A stretch of DNA of 64,000 nucleotides, taken from IMG/VR virus record IMGVR_UViG_3300032356_000182, positions 31,739 through 95,738 of that record. The stretch is one strand, 5' to 3'. Below, one piece after another: positions 26,921 through 36,959 of this stretch. The position numbers were made by a program, and so were the translations under genes. This stretch comes from a virus. Within the stretch, counting starts at the first letter, position 1. Each line of letters starts with the position of its first letter. Under the pieces are notes generated by a model. It worked only from the letters and a program-made list of their open reading frames with translations. It did not search any database and was not told where the DNA came from.

Positions 26921-27913
26921 ATGACTGTTCAAACAGCAGGTCACGTTGATGCAGTTCTTTCGAACATTAGCGTAGACTTCTCGCAAGGTGAAGGGTTTGT
27001 CGCAGATAAGCTTTTCCCGGTTTTTCCGGTGAAGAAAGAGTCTGATGTTTTTTACGTGATGGGTCGTGAAAAATTTAGGCCTACGGCTACGAAGCGCGCT
27101 CGTGGCACCGTAGCTAATACTTGGAAATCGGGCTTCACGACTGATTCATATGTTTGTGAGGAAGATGCCCTGCAGGGAGCTGTGGATGATCGTGATTATG
27201 CCAATTACGATTCTCCGCTTGATCCTGAGGTTGAAGTTGTTCAGGGGCTAACCGCAGTGATTCAGCTTGGATTTGAGAAAGAGGCAGCTGAGATTATTCG
27301 CAACCCTTCTACTTATCCGTCTAGTGATTTGTATGGAAATCCGACTGCAAAGTTTGATACTGGTGGAACGTCAATCACGATGCAGCGCGATATTATGGTG
27401 AAAGCCCGCGCGGTTCAATCTAGAATCGGCAAATGGCCTAATACGATCTTGATTCCTCCGATGGTCGCTATGTATATGAGTCTGGATGATGAGATTACGG
27501 ATCTGGTCAAGTATATCGTCAACAATGCGCCTCTTGACAGTATTCCAGCTCTTATTCGGGGTGCACAAGATTCGTGGCTCATGCCTTCAGTTCTTTGGGG
27601 TATGCGGGTTTTAGTCCCATCGGCTCTTGAGGATACGACAAAAGAATCTCAAGTTAGCAATGCCACGACAGACATTAAAACGCCGTTGACGGATATTTGG
27701 GGCGATGATATCTGGATTGGCTACTGTGAGCCTATGCCTGGTTTGAGAAAAGTATCTTTCGGATATACCTTTGAAGCTCGGCCTTTCCAAACCAAGCGGT
27801 GGCGGAACGAAGAAGCTGAATCTAATATGTTCCGGGTTTCTAGAATTTCCGTTCGTAAAGTTATGTGTAGCGCTGCTGGAGCTCTGCTGACCGATTGCCT
27901 CTCTACTGTTTAG
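26921..27913 (+). CDS. Major capsid protein
   Basis: HVDAVLSNISV..FVADKLFPVFPVKK N-terminus, PNTILI, IWGDDIWIGY, SFGYTF; strong RBS. Confidence 0.9.
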   Translation: MTVQTAGHVDAVLSNISVDFSQGEGFVADKLFPVFPVKKESDVFYVMGREKFRPTATKRARGTVANTWKSGFTTDSYVCEEDALQGAVDDRDYANYDSPLDPEVEVVQGLTAVIQLGFEKEAAEIIRNPSTYPSSDLYGNPTAKFDTGGTSITMQRDIMVKARAVQSRIGKWPNTILIPPMVAMYMSLDDEITDLVKYIVNNAPLDSIPALIRGAQDSWLMPSVLWGMRVLVPSALEDTTKESQVSNATTDIKTPLTDIWGDDIWIGYCEPMPGLRKVSFGYTFEARPFQTKRWRNEEAESNMFRVSRISVRKVMCSAAGALLTDCLSTV

Positions 27914-27936
27914 CATATATGTAGTTATATATGCTA
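27911..27936 (+). terminator. Hairpin after the major capsid gene
   Basis: TAGCATATAT-gtagtt-ATATATGCTA. Confidence 0.5.
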
Positions 27937-27955
27937 GAGGGCGGGAGGTTGAAGT

Positions 27956-28411
27956 ATGTCTTATGGATACGTAAGCAGTGCTGATGAGGTCATAAAATAC
28001 ACGAGAGCGCAGGATTTCAGGCCTCTGCGAGCAGAGGCAAAGTTACATATCAGCGATGTGTGCTCAATATGCCAAACCATTGCAGAAAGCCGAATAAATC
28101 CTGTGCTCTCGAGCTTAGGAATAAACTTGCCTCTGACTGAGGAGGGATCGCCAAACGCTTGGAAAATCTTAGCATATTTGAATGCTATAGGTGCTGCTTG
28201 CACTGTTGACAGAATCGTCTTTACTGAAGTTGGTGTTTCTGCTAAGGATTCTGTACCTTGGACATGTACTGAATTTGAGAATCAGCTCAAAGCGCTAGCC
28301 GAAGGAAAGATAGATTTAATTGACTTTGGCTTGTCTCCAAGCGATGAGGACATCGGAGAATTTTTTTACTCTGAAGATATGTATTTTAACGGATTATCAG
28401 ACGTTTTTTAA
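27956..28411 (+). CDS. Head-tail adaptor (Mu gp36-like)
   Basis: Follows MCP; N-terminal YVSSADEV and LKALAEGKIDL pattern. Confidence 0.6.
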   Translation: MSYGYVSSADEVIKYTRAQDFRPLRAEAKLHISDVCSICQTIAESRINPVLSSLGINLPLTEEGSPNAWKILAYLNAIGAACTVDRIVFTEVGVSAKDSVPWTCTEFENQLKALAEGKIDLIDFGLSPSDEDIGEFFYSEDMYFNGLSDVF

Positions 28412-28439
28412 TATTAAGACAGCATGAGGGGATAAGGTT

Positions 28440-29465
28440 TTGGCAGAGAGAGGCAAAAGAATAATTTTCTTTATAGAATCAGCGCAAGGAGCATGTACTA
28501 GATATAGAGCACATATACCTGCGCATGGTTTAACTAGAGATGGCTGGTATTGTCGAGTTAGCACTGAATGGCATCCGAAGATGCTGGATGAGTTTGATTA
28601 TTACGTTTTTCAAAGAGTAAACGCCAAAGAGGGCCTCGAAGTTATTGATGCTCTAAATGGAGTAGGCAAGATTACTATATATGATGTTGATGATGATATT
28701 CTTCATGTTCCTAACACTTCTCCGGTTAGAGCACTGCTGCGCTCTAACCCAGAGATAGTTGGGGCTCAGCTTTTAGGAATTTCTTCTTGTGGGCATCTAA
28801 CTGTTACGACTGAAGCTCTGAAGAGAGTTTATGATTCGTTTAATCCGGATATTTGTGTTTTGCCTAATATGGTTCGGTTCGAATCTTGGCGTGATGTTAA
28901 GCCATTTAGATTTGGAGAACCGAATGATATCGTTTTAGGTTGGGCTGGGAGCAATACACATAAAGACGCTTTGTTGAAGTTAGAAAAACCAATCAATACT
29001 ATTATTGATAGGTTTCCGAACGTGAAGTTTCTTGTGATGGGCGATGAGATTCCTTTTGAACTGCCCGCATCTCGGCATATTGTTGTGCCATGGGGTCTCT
29101 ATACGTTTTTTCAATCAGTTTTAGCGGGCTTGGATATCGTTTTGGCGCCACTAGGTGAGACTGTCTTTAATCTATCAAAATCAAATCTGAGGATTCTTGA
29201 AGCAGCATCAGCTTCTAAGCCGGTCATAGCTTCTAGTTGGGGTGAATACGAAACTACGATTACTCATGGTGTGGATGGTTTCTTGTGTAAAACCGATGAA
29301 GATTGGATAGAGGCTATGACATTCTACATACACGATAAAGCTCTTCGAGAAAATCATGCAATGAGATTGCGCCAAACGGTGCTTGAGAGAGGCTGGGAAA
29401 TAAATACCGGCACAAAGATCTGGGTTGATTTTTATCAGAGCTTGAGGAATAAGCTTGGCGCTTAG
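28440..29465 (+). CDS. GT-B fold glycosyltransferase (GT4-like)
   Basis: YDVDDD, GWAGSNTH, DIVLAPL..FNLSKSNLRILEA..KPVIAS. Confidence 0.88.
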   Translation: MAERGKRIIFFIESAQGACTRYRAHIPAHGLTRDGWYCRVSTEWHPKMLDEFDYYVFQRVNAKEGLEVIDALNGVGKITIYDVDDDILHVPNTSPVRALLRSNPEIVGAQLLGISSCGHLTVTTEALKRVYDSFNPDICVLPNMVRFESWRDVKPFRFGEPNDIVLGWAGSNTHKDALLKLEKPINTIIDRFPNVKFLVMGDEIPFELPASRHIVVPWGLYTFFQSVLAGLDIVLAPLGETVFNLSKSNLRILEAASASKPVIASSWGEYETTITHGVDGFLCKTDEDWIEAMTFYIHDKALRENHAMRLRQTVLERGWEINTGTKIWVDFYQSLRNKLGA

Positions 29466-30051
29466 ACCAAAGTTTTTGCTTAGACTGGAATTCCCAAACT
29501 GGAATGAGGTCTATAAACAAATAAAAGCGTCTAGAACCGTAGCGGAAAATGAAGCTAGAAACGCTATGCGGGATATAGGGCGTATCTTAGTTCGTCACTT
29601 GAAAGCTAAGTGTCCTATCGGGTTTCATTATGATCATGCTGGAATTCCCAGAATGTCTGGAAACCTTCGAGCATCAATCGCTTTTAGGACATATGAAAGG
29701 GAGAGATTTGGTGCTGGAAGAGATTTTAGCATGGGATTTGAATATCCAAGTGCTGCTGAGGGCGGTACGTTAGTTCAGATAACGATGGCAGATTATGGTC
29801 GCTATACTCTTCCACCTGGAACTAGACCGCACGTTATCTTTCCGAGGAATTCCAGATTTCTAGTGTTTTATTGGACAAAGCTTCAGAAGCTTATGTTTTT
29901 GAAAAAGGTTAATCATCCTGGCTATGAAGGTGACCCCTGGGATATGCGAGCTTTTGAAAGTGCGAGGCCTGAGATTGAGGAAAGATGGGCTGCTGCTGCC
30001 GAAACCTGGCGAGTTTTTACTCGAAGAGTAGGAACTGAATATAATAGATAG
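29455..30051 (+). CDS. Neck/tail-completion protein (HK97 gp10-like)
   Basis: SGNLRASI, YTLPPGTRPHVI, KVNHPG motifs. Confidence 0.7.
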   Translation: MALRPKFLLRLEFPNWNEVYKQIKASRTVAENEARNAMRDIGRILVRHLKAKCPIGFHYDHAGIPRMSGNLRASIAFRTYERERFGAGRDFSMGFEYPSAAEGGTLVQITMADYGRYTLPPGTRPHVIFPRNSRFLVFYWTKLQKLMFLKKVNHPGYEGDPWDMRAFESARPEIEERWAAAAETWRVFTRRVGTEYNR

Positions 30052-30422
30052 TTAATGAGAAAGGACGAAAAACTGCTGCTTTGGTTGAAAGGCTAGCGGC
30101 GTAATCAGTTCAACAGGATAAGGGGGAGCTGGAAGTACAGGAGAAAAGGCAAAAAGTGAGAGATCTAGGATATGGAGTAGAGTTAACGATAGGCACTAAG
30201 GATGTGGCTATGAACAGAGAATACAATTGGGTTGCGAAAGAGCCGATTGAGCCCAGAGAAATCGGGGTAAAGTCCATTAACAACTTGACGTTTAGTACAG
30301 CTTGTCAAAATATAAAGATCAATGTTGTTTTAGATTGAATAATCAAATAAAATAGAAAAAATGAAAGCGGTCGAATATCTCAGTGAGATAGCTTGCTAAA
30401 TCAGGCAGGAGGTGTATAGAAG

Positions 30423-31007
30423 ATGCCGATTTCAGTATCGTCAATTGAAAAGTATATCAATTTTGCGAGAGTTTATGTTGGTTGTGCAGTTCCTCCACCA
30501 GGAAAGAGTATGTTTACTTATGCTACCAATGGCGTTCCTTCAGGTGGAATAGACGTTGGTGCTACGCAAGGCGAGTCCAAATTCACATACAAGCCGACCA
30601 TAGAAGGTGTTGATGTTGAGCAGGCGCCGGTTGAAGTTGCTCCACATATCACCAAGGAGGAGTGTACTATTGAATTCACTTGCCTTGAAGCAACGGCTGC
30701 TCGCATTAAAGATGCTCTCGGTAGTGGTGCGGTTTCTGGAACAGATGGAACTAGTACGGTTATTCGCTTTGGTGGTATAACCGCAGTAACGGGGCAGGCA
30801 GTTGCTTTGGTCGCAGAGCAAGCAACCAATCCTGGAAAGTATGTTGGCTGTATGATTTACAATGCTGTTAATGACGCTGGCTTAGAGCGTACTTTCAAAA
30901 GAGGCAAGGAGACTTTGGTCAAATTTACTTTCAAAGGTATGCCCTCAACGGCAGATTTGAACAGAGGCGCTGGCGAAATCCTAGGACAGTACGCAGAGCA
31001 GACGTAA
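30423..31007 (+). CDS. Major tail tube protein
   Basis: DVGATQGESKFTY, IEFTCLE, VKFTFKG; strong RBS; position before the chaperone. Confidence 0.8.
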   Translation: MPISVSSIEKYINFARVYVGCAVPPPGKSMFTYATNGVPSGGIDVGATQGESKFTYKPTIEGVDVEQAPVEVAPHITKEECTIEFTCLEATAARIKDALGSGAVSGTDGTSTVIRFGGITAVTGQAVALVAEQATNPGKYVGCMIYNAVNDAGLERTFKRGKETLVKFTFKGMPSTADLNRGAGEILGQYAEQT

Positions 31008-31069
31008 AGTTAGTTATCTATAGACTTCGGTAAGAGCTAGTTAAAGTGGTATGATGAAGGAGAATCAGA

Positions 31070-31570
31070 ATGACTGTAGCAAGTAGGCCCAAACTGGCTC
31101 CATCTCGAAAAAAGATGGAGCCAGTTTGGTTAAATGTTGGAACTGTAGACGAAGAATTTGATGGATGGTGGTTTGCTATTCGTCCTACGGTTTCTTTGGA
31201 ATTGATAATGAGTTTGTGGGATCCGATAAACTATCTAGGACGCATGCAGATGACTGCCTCTGGTGCAGGTGTCGGAGAACAAGACTCAGAAAAGGTTCGT
31301 GATTTTATTCTGGAATTCGGCAAGAACTTAGCCATAGTGGCAGAAGGCTTGTCTAAAATTCTCATTGATTGGAATTTTATTGATGAGGTTTCTGGCGACA
31401 AGCTGCCATCTCCAGCAGGAAATCCAGAAATTATCAAACAGTTAGATTTGGTGCTTCTAATGCATGTTGCTATTTTAACTGTTTCTGCTATGAGTGGCTC
31501 GGACCCAAACTTCTCAAGGACCCCTATTACGGCAGCGAGTTTGGAGAAAATAGCTCAAGTGTCGGAGTAG
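31070..31570 (+). CDS. Tail assembly chaperone (G)
   Basis: Follows the tail tube; in-frame slippery C-CCA-AAC at 31504-31510. Confidence 0.75.
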   Translation: MTVASRPKLAPSRKKMEPVWLNVGTVDEEFDGWWFAIRPTVSLELIMSLWDPINYLGRMQMTASGAGVGEQDSEKVRDFILEFGKNLAIVAEGLSKILIDWNFIDEVSGDKLPSPAGNPEIIKQLDLVLLMHVAILTVSAMSGSDPNFSRTPITAASLEKIAQVSE

Positions 31571-31920
31571 GGGAACCTATCTGTGCGTGTGATATCATAG
31601 CAGCCATGTGTCATGATTTTCAAACCTTGCCAGATCGTTTGTTAGCGCAAACTTGTCCGCTAATCTTTAATGTCTGGCGTTCATTATCCAAAATACTCTA
31701 CAATAAAGACATCGGAGATAAACGTTGGGATCTGCTTATAGCTCCGCTACATCGTACAGCGATGACAGAAGAAGGTGCGACTCAACAGGCTGAAATGGCC
31801 CAAGAGATTGCTGATTCTATTATGTCGCCCGCTGAGAGACGCGAAAGAGCAGAACTTAGGAACAGAGAATCGGAAAAGTTGTTAAGATCAATTGGAATAG
31901 AAGTCATTAAGCGCGGATGA
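31507..31920 (+). CDS. Tail assembly chaperone GT extension (-1 frame)
   Basis: -1 frame is open from the slippery site into ORF 31606..31920. Confidence 0.7.
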   Translation, partial: KLLKDPYYGSEFGENSSSVGVGEPICACDIIAAMCHDFQTLPDRLLAQTCPLIFNVWRSLSKILYNKDIGDKRWDLLIAPLHRTAMTEEGATQQAEMAQEIADSIMSPAERRERAELRNRESEKLLRSIGIEVIKRG

Positions 31921-32231
31921 AGGGAGATTTAGCGATGGAGTTAGCTTTTGTAATTCGACAGAAAACTGATAAGACATTTAGAGTATTGTCAGAAAGAACT
32001 ATCTGGGTTAGAGTTCCTCACATTGGTGAGTTTATTCACATCGTGTCCGAGAATGGAAAGTCAACAAAAAAGTATCGTATTCTAGAGGTTAGTACCTATC
32101 TTTGGTCTTCAGGTGATATGCTGGTTGTGGAGGGCTCTTCGAAGGCCTCTCGCTCCTATGGGGAGATAGTGGTTGAGGAGGTATCAGATGCTAAAGTGCG
32201 TAGCAGCAATGGCGACATGGAACAGAGCTGA
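31917..32231 (+). CDS. Hypothetical protein
   Basis: ATGA overlap with the upstream gene. Confidence 0.55.
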   Translation: MKGDLAMELAFVIRQKTDKTFRVLSERTIWVRVPHIGEFIHIVSENGKSTKKYRILEVSTYLWSSGDMLVVEGSSKASRSYGEIVVEEVSDAKVRSSNGDMEQS

Positions 32232-33072
32232 AATAACGAAGCAGTGCATTGAATCTTATATAGCAACATGTGAGCCAGAGCTGGTTGATTTGCATATCGT
32301 AGATAATGGTTCTACTGATGGGCTTGCTGAGTGGTTGAGATCGCAGGAGAGACGTTTTTCTGACTTCGGCATCTCGGTAACCTACAATAGCGAGAACGTA
32401 GGAACTGCTAAAGCTATAAATTCAGTCTGGGCAGAGCGTTCTCCAGATCAGCACTGTTTGAAAATAGATTCTGACGTTGTCTGGAAAACTCCGAAGTGGC
32501 TCTCTAAAATGCTCGAAGTTTTTGATTTTACATCAAACGTTGGTATTGTTGGGCTAAAGCGTCCAGATCTTCTAGAGAATCCAGATAATCCAGATCCATT
32601 CTATCGTTCAAATCTGGTATCTCTAGTTAGAGATTCAGATAATAAGAAGATCGTCATAGAACAAGTTTGGCATGTCATCGGAACTTGTTGGTTGGTAAGA
32701 AATACTGTTATCAATATAGTTGGTGCTCTAGTTCAGCCAACAGTTTATGGATTTGATGATGCTCTGTATTGCCTCCGAACGCACCTAGCAAAATTCGCTA
32801 CAGTATTTCTGCCTAGAGATGTTGTAGAGATTGATCATATCGACTATGGAGAAGCCCGAAATGATGAGAATGCTGAATACACTCGTTGGAAGAGAGCTGT
32901 AGCTACCTCAGATATGCCCTCTTACGAACATCTTCGGGATAAGTTCATGAGAGGTGAAATTCCTATCTATGTGCCATTTCGTAGCAAGATGCCCGCCTCA
33001 AGTTTATCAAACAATAAAGAGGCTAGGGATTTGATAAGAGAGTTTGGAGAGGATTTTTTCTATGGATACTAA
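32188..33072 (+). CDS. GT2-family glycosyltransferase
   Basis: ATWNR, IVDNGSTD, KIDSD (DxD), YGFDD; GAGGAGG RBS. Confidence 0.88.
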   Translation: MLKCVAAMATWNRAEITKQCIESYIATCEPELVDLHIVDNGSTDGLAEWLRSQERRFSDFGISVTYNSENVGTAKAINSVWAERSPDQHCLKIDSDVVWKTPKWLSKMLEVFDFTSNVGIVGLKRPDLLENPDNPDPFYRSNLVSLVRDSDNKKIVIEQVWHVIGTCWLVRNTVINIVGALVQPTVYGFDDALYCLRTHLAKFATVFLPRDVVEIDHIDYGEARNDENAEYTRWKRAVATSDMPSYEHLRDKFMRGEIPIYVPFRSKMPASSLSNNKEARDLIREFGEDFFYGY

Positions 33073-34102
33073 TCTCCAACGATCGCTGAAAGTTATCTGT
33101 CATTGGCCTAGGCTAATCGCTTTATCTAAAGATAAAACTTGTGATCCAATCACTATAGAGATAGATCCAACCAATCGCTGCAATCATCGGTGCGTTTTTT
33201 GCAGTTCTTATAACCATAATGGAATATCGCTCTCCAGAAATGTTTTAGCTAATCTGCTTCGAGAAATTAAAGAGTTTGGCGAAATATTATCAATCTCTTG
33301 GAAGGGTGGGGGTGAGCCCACCCTTTACCCTTATTTTCTTGAGATGACCGAACTTGCCGAAAACTTAGAATTAAAGCAAGGATTGACAACTAACGGTTCT
33401 AAATTGAGAGAAAATGAGATTAAGGCTGCATCTTTTAAGATGAGCTGGGTGCGTGTTTCTTTGGATGCAGCTACGGCTAAAACACACGAGAGAATACATC
33501 GTTCTTATGATTTTGATAAAATTGTTGATGGCATAATAAAGCTTGGTTCTCGTCCAAAAAGCTGTCGACTGGGCATCAATATGACAATATCCCCTGAGAA
33601 TATCGATGAGGTAAAAGATTTTGTATCGTTAGGCCAAGATCTTGGGGTTGATTATGTTGCTCTCAGACCCGCTTATTATGAGCCTTTTGGCTTAGCTGCT
33701 CCTGAACCGAATTATCTAGCTCAGCTAAGAGACACTTTAGAGATGCTGAAAGGTTTAAGCCTAGGAAATCTAGATATTATCATTGGCCAAGTAGCTAATG
33801 CTGGAAGGATCGGGAGTTATATTCCAAAAGATTGTTTAGCTCCTGCTTTGCGCCCAGTTGTTGGAGCAGATGGGGAAGTTTATGCTTGCTGTGATCTGCG
33901 TGGCCATAGAGAATATTCTTTTGGTAATGTTTATCTTGATTCTTTCAGACAGATATGGGAAAGTGAGAAGAGGAAAGAGGTTTTTGGAAGAACACGGAAA
34001 CTAGAGTGTCTTAAGTATTGTTCTAAGGCATATGATTATTACAATCGAGTTCTAGATATTCTCTGTGCTCAGGAAGATTGGCCTGACAAAGAGTTCATGT
34101 AG
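33062..34102 (+). CDS. Radical SAM protein with SPASM/twitch-like C-terminus
   Basis: CNHRCVFC, GGGEP, C-terminal C..DGEVYACC..FGN..IW..C..C. Confidence 0.9.
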   Translation: MDTNLQRSLKVICHWPRLIALSKDKTCDPITIEIDPTNRCNHRCVFCSSYNHNGISLSRNVLANLLREIKEFGEILSISWKGGGEPTLYPYFLEMTELAENLELKQGLTTNGSKLRENEIKAASFKMSWVRVSLDAATAKTHERIHRSYDFDKIVDGIIKLGSRPKSCRLGINMTISPENIDEVKDFVSLGQDLGVDYVALRPAYYEPFGLAAPEPNYLAQLRDTLEMLKGLSLGNLDIIIGQVANAGRIGSYIPKDCLAPALRPVVGADGEVYACCDLRGHREYSFGNVYLDSFRQIWESEKRKEVFGRTRKLECLKYCSKAYDYYNRVLDILCAQEDWPDKEFM

Positions 34103-34128
34103 AAGTTAGCTAGAAAAGGAGAATCAGT

Positions 34129-35160
34129 TTGAAAAAGAAGAACATAGCGGTAATATCAACAACATTTAATCGTGCTCCTCAACTGTATCGGCACCTATGG
34201 ACGATAAATTCACAAGATTTTCCTCATAGCGATTTTTGGGTTATTATCGTTGACGATGGAAGCGTTGATGAAACTCAAGAGGTCATCGCTGCGGCAGCAG
34301 AGAATTTTCCAACCTTAAGTATTATCAATATCCGTACAGACAGAAAGCCTCCAGATAGTTTTGGCGGTCAAGGTATAGCTTATAACGTCGGTTTGCGCTG
34401 TGCCGAGGATCTCGGCGTTGAATATGTTATCTTAACTGGCGGTGATATGCTTATTACATCCTGTGCGATGCGAAAGCACATGGAAGTTCAAACTGATGTT
34501 AGAAGGCGGGCCTGGACTATCTCTAGCAAAGATAAAACAAAAGAAACAGAATATCGTCTGATGGTTGATCAGATTTCAGATGTTCCAGATATTCTGCTAG
34601 GCTCTGACCTCTTTTATATTCGACCCGATCATCAAACGTTAGGAAACGATCAGCTTTTGCTTTCAGCTGTAGTTGGAAATCTCGATTGGCAGCCCGCTGA
34701 AAATCTTCTTCACCAATGGTCTGCACTGACAATTGAGCCGATTGAAGGAGCAGATCATAATCATCTAGGCTTTACTGGCGATGTTGTAGTTAGTCGCACT
34801 CATCCAGAATGGACAACCTGGCAAAGCTGTAAGCTGCAATATTGGCTAGATATTGGAGGTTTTGACGAAGCCGGGACTGGGCACTTTTGGGAAGAAGAGC
34901 AGCTTGAAAGACGCTTTAACTTGTACAACAAATACAGAGAAGAGCTAGGGCTGAAGTCTATCCTAGCTATGACTCATGAGTCGCCACTAGTATGTTGTTT
35001 TCATCAGCCACATCCTCGGCAGTTGTCGAATATAGACAACAGAGAAATTTTTCGCAAGAACGTCGAAAGATATGGTTTTGATGTTAATAAAGGTCAGGGT
35101 ATTGATTGGGGAAGAGCTAAGCATGAAATCATTAGCAAGAGGGAATATACGTTGAGATGA
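34129..35160 (+). CDS. GT2-family glycosyltransferase
   Basis: TTFNR, IVDDGS, IGGFDE, HQPH. Confidence 0.85.
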   Translation: MKKKNIAVISTTFNRAPQLYRHLWTINSQDFPHSDFWVIIVDDGSVDETQEVIAAAAENFPTLSIINIRTDRKPPDSFGGQGIAYNVGLRCAEDLGVEYVILTGGDMLITSCAMRKHMEVQTDVRRRAWTISSKDKTKETEYRLMVDQISDVPDILLGSDLFYIRPDHQTLGNDQLLLSAVVGNLDWQPAENLLHQWSALTIEPIEGADHNHLGFTGDVVVSRTHPEWTTWQSCKLQYWLDIGGFDEAGTGHFWEEEQLERRFNLYNKYREELGLKSILAMTHESPLVCCFHQPHPRQLSNIDNREIFRKNVERYGFDVNKGQGIDWGRAKHEIISKREYTLR

Positions 35161-36212
35161 AAAAACGTCCGATAACAGTTATATCAACAACATTTAATCG
35201 TGCTCCTCAATTGTACAGACATTTGTGGACGTTAAATTCTCAAAACTACCCACATACAGATTACCGAGTTATAGTTATTGATGATGGAAGTTTAGATGAT
35301 ACTCAGGCAGTTATCAAACATGCTATTCAAGCGTATCCTGAGATGAATATCGTCAATATCCTCACTGATAGAAAAGAAGAAGGTCATTTTGGCGGTCAAG
35401 GCTTAGCATACAATATCGGTTTGAGATATGCTGAAGAATGGGGATCTGAATTCGTTATACAAACTGGTGGCGATATGTTAATCCCATCTTTTGGCATAGA
35501 AAAGTATATGGAGCTCCAAACGAACTTGCGAAAGAGAGCTTGGGCGATTGCTACTTTCTTTGGAAATCTTAGCGAAGGCATACAAAAAGCATTAGGCCAA
35601 CCTCCTGATCCTACTGCTTCTTATGATGAGCTATTATCAAGATTGCCTGATGTCTTGGTTGGGCCGAATCAGTATTTTATTCGTCCTGATCGGGAATCTC
35701 TTGGCAATGATTATGATGTTTTAGCAAAAGTTCCTGATAGATATGATTGGCAACCTGCTGAACGGCTGCTTGCCAATCCACAAGCTCTAACTCTTGAAGA
35801 GTTTCCAAATCAATCACATATCTATATCGGCTACCCAGGAGATATTCCTTGCGATCGCTCTCATCCTGAGTGGCCAACGTGGCAGATATGTCGAACTGAA
35901 CATTGGATAAACATCGGAGGCTATGACGAGTCAGGAACTGGTCACTTTTGGGAAGACGAGCAAATAAGATTTAGATTTATTCAGTATTCTGATGACCTGA
36001 TTGCGAAGGGGAAGAGAGGATTTTGCTCTATCGTGCACCCATCGGCATTGGTTTGTTGTTTTCATCAGCCGCATATCAGGCAGCTTTCTTTTGATAACCG
36101 AGCTGCATTTTTAGAGAATATAGAGAATTATGGATTTGATGTTAATCGAAAACGTGGCATTGATTGGGGAAGATCAAGACATACGATAGTAGATATAGCA
36201 GAAAGGGATTAA
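35157..36212 (+). CDS. GT2-family glycosyltransferase (tandem paralogue of the previous gene)
   Basis: Shares VISTTFNRAPQLYRHLWT, FGGQG, GTGHFWE, VCCFHQPH. Confidence 0.85.
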   Translation: MKKRPITVISTTFNRAPQLYRHLWTLNSQNYPHTDYRVIVIDDGSLDDTQAVIKHAIQAYPEMNIVNILTDRKEEGHFGGQGLAYNIGLRYAEEWGSEFVIQTGGDMLIPSFGIEKYMELQTNLRKRAWAIATFFGNLSEGIQKALGQPPDPTASYDELLSRLPDVLVGPNQYFIRPDRESLGNDYDVLAKVPDRYDWQPAERLLANPQALTLEEFPNQSHIYIGYPGDIPCDRSHPEWPTWQICRTEHWINIGGYDESGTGHFWEDEQIRFRFIQYSDDLIAKGKRGFCSIVHPSALVCCFHQPHIRQLSFDNRAAFLENIENYGFDVNRKRGIDWGRSRHTIVDIAERD

Positions 36213-36214
36213 GA

Positions 36215-36838
36215 ATGAAGCCTAGATATCGCACTGTAGCTAAAGAGAATATGGATCTTAGCGATCCAACCGAATTTCCTGAGCAGATTTTATATAACTT
36301 GGCTAGATACAAGTTTGCGGCTGGCCTTCTGAAGCCTTCGGATGTTGTACTAGATCTAGCTTGTGGTTACGGATTTGGTACTTATTTTTTATCTTGTTAT
36401 TGTCAGCACGCTTATGGAGCTGATATCAATCCAGAGGTGATTGAAGTAGCTAGATCTCGATATTTGACGTCTAGCACAGCTCGTGATAAGATAACATTTA
36501 TCAGTTGTTTTGATGCTGAAAAAGATGATATACCGGAAATTCAAAGCGTAATCGTATCTTTTGATACGATTGAGCACTTGAATGATCCTGAGAAATTTGT
36601 GAAAAAGTGCTTAGAAGCTCTTCCACCTGGAGGATTATTCATCTGCGGCTCGCCTCAGAAAAAAGATAGACCGGATCCAAATCCTTTCCATATTAGCGAG
36701 ATGACCTCATCTGAATTCTTTGGTTTGCTTGATAAGTACTCTCGTAGGGTTCTGCGGTTTAGTCAGAATGAAGATATAGTTGGCATTTTCAATGAAGAGC
36801 GCGCTTGGGGGATGATTGGTGTTTGCTTTGCCTCTTGA
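36215..36838 (+). CDS. Class I SAM-dependent methyltransferase
   Basis: ARYKFA, VLDLACGYGFG, SFDTIEHL, LPPGG, NPFH. Confidence 0.9.
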   Translation: MKPRYRTVAKENMDLSDPTEFPEQILYNLARYKFAAGLLKPSDVVLDLACGYGFGTYFLSCYCQHAYGADINPEVIEVARSRYLTSSTARDKITFISCFDAEKDDIPEIQSVIVSFDTIEHLNDPEKFVKKCLEALPPGGLFICGSPQKKDRPDPNPFHISEMTSSEFFGLLDKYSRRVLRFSQNEDIVGIFNEERAWGMIGVCFAS

Positions 36839-36959
36839 CAGATTTCTGATTTTGTATCATGATAAAGGTACAGAATCGGAAAGGAGATTGATAAGGCATG
36901 GACAAAGCGTTCTAAAAATCTCAGGGAAGAGCTCAGAGAGCTGAAGGAGCTGATGAGAA

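Noticed and set aside
30156-30338. 60-aa ORF before the tail tube gene
   Set aside because: Weak start and no motifs; the region is better explained as a leader containing the GAGCC hairpin, though coding is not excluded
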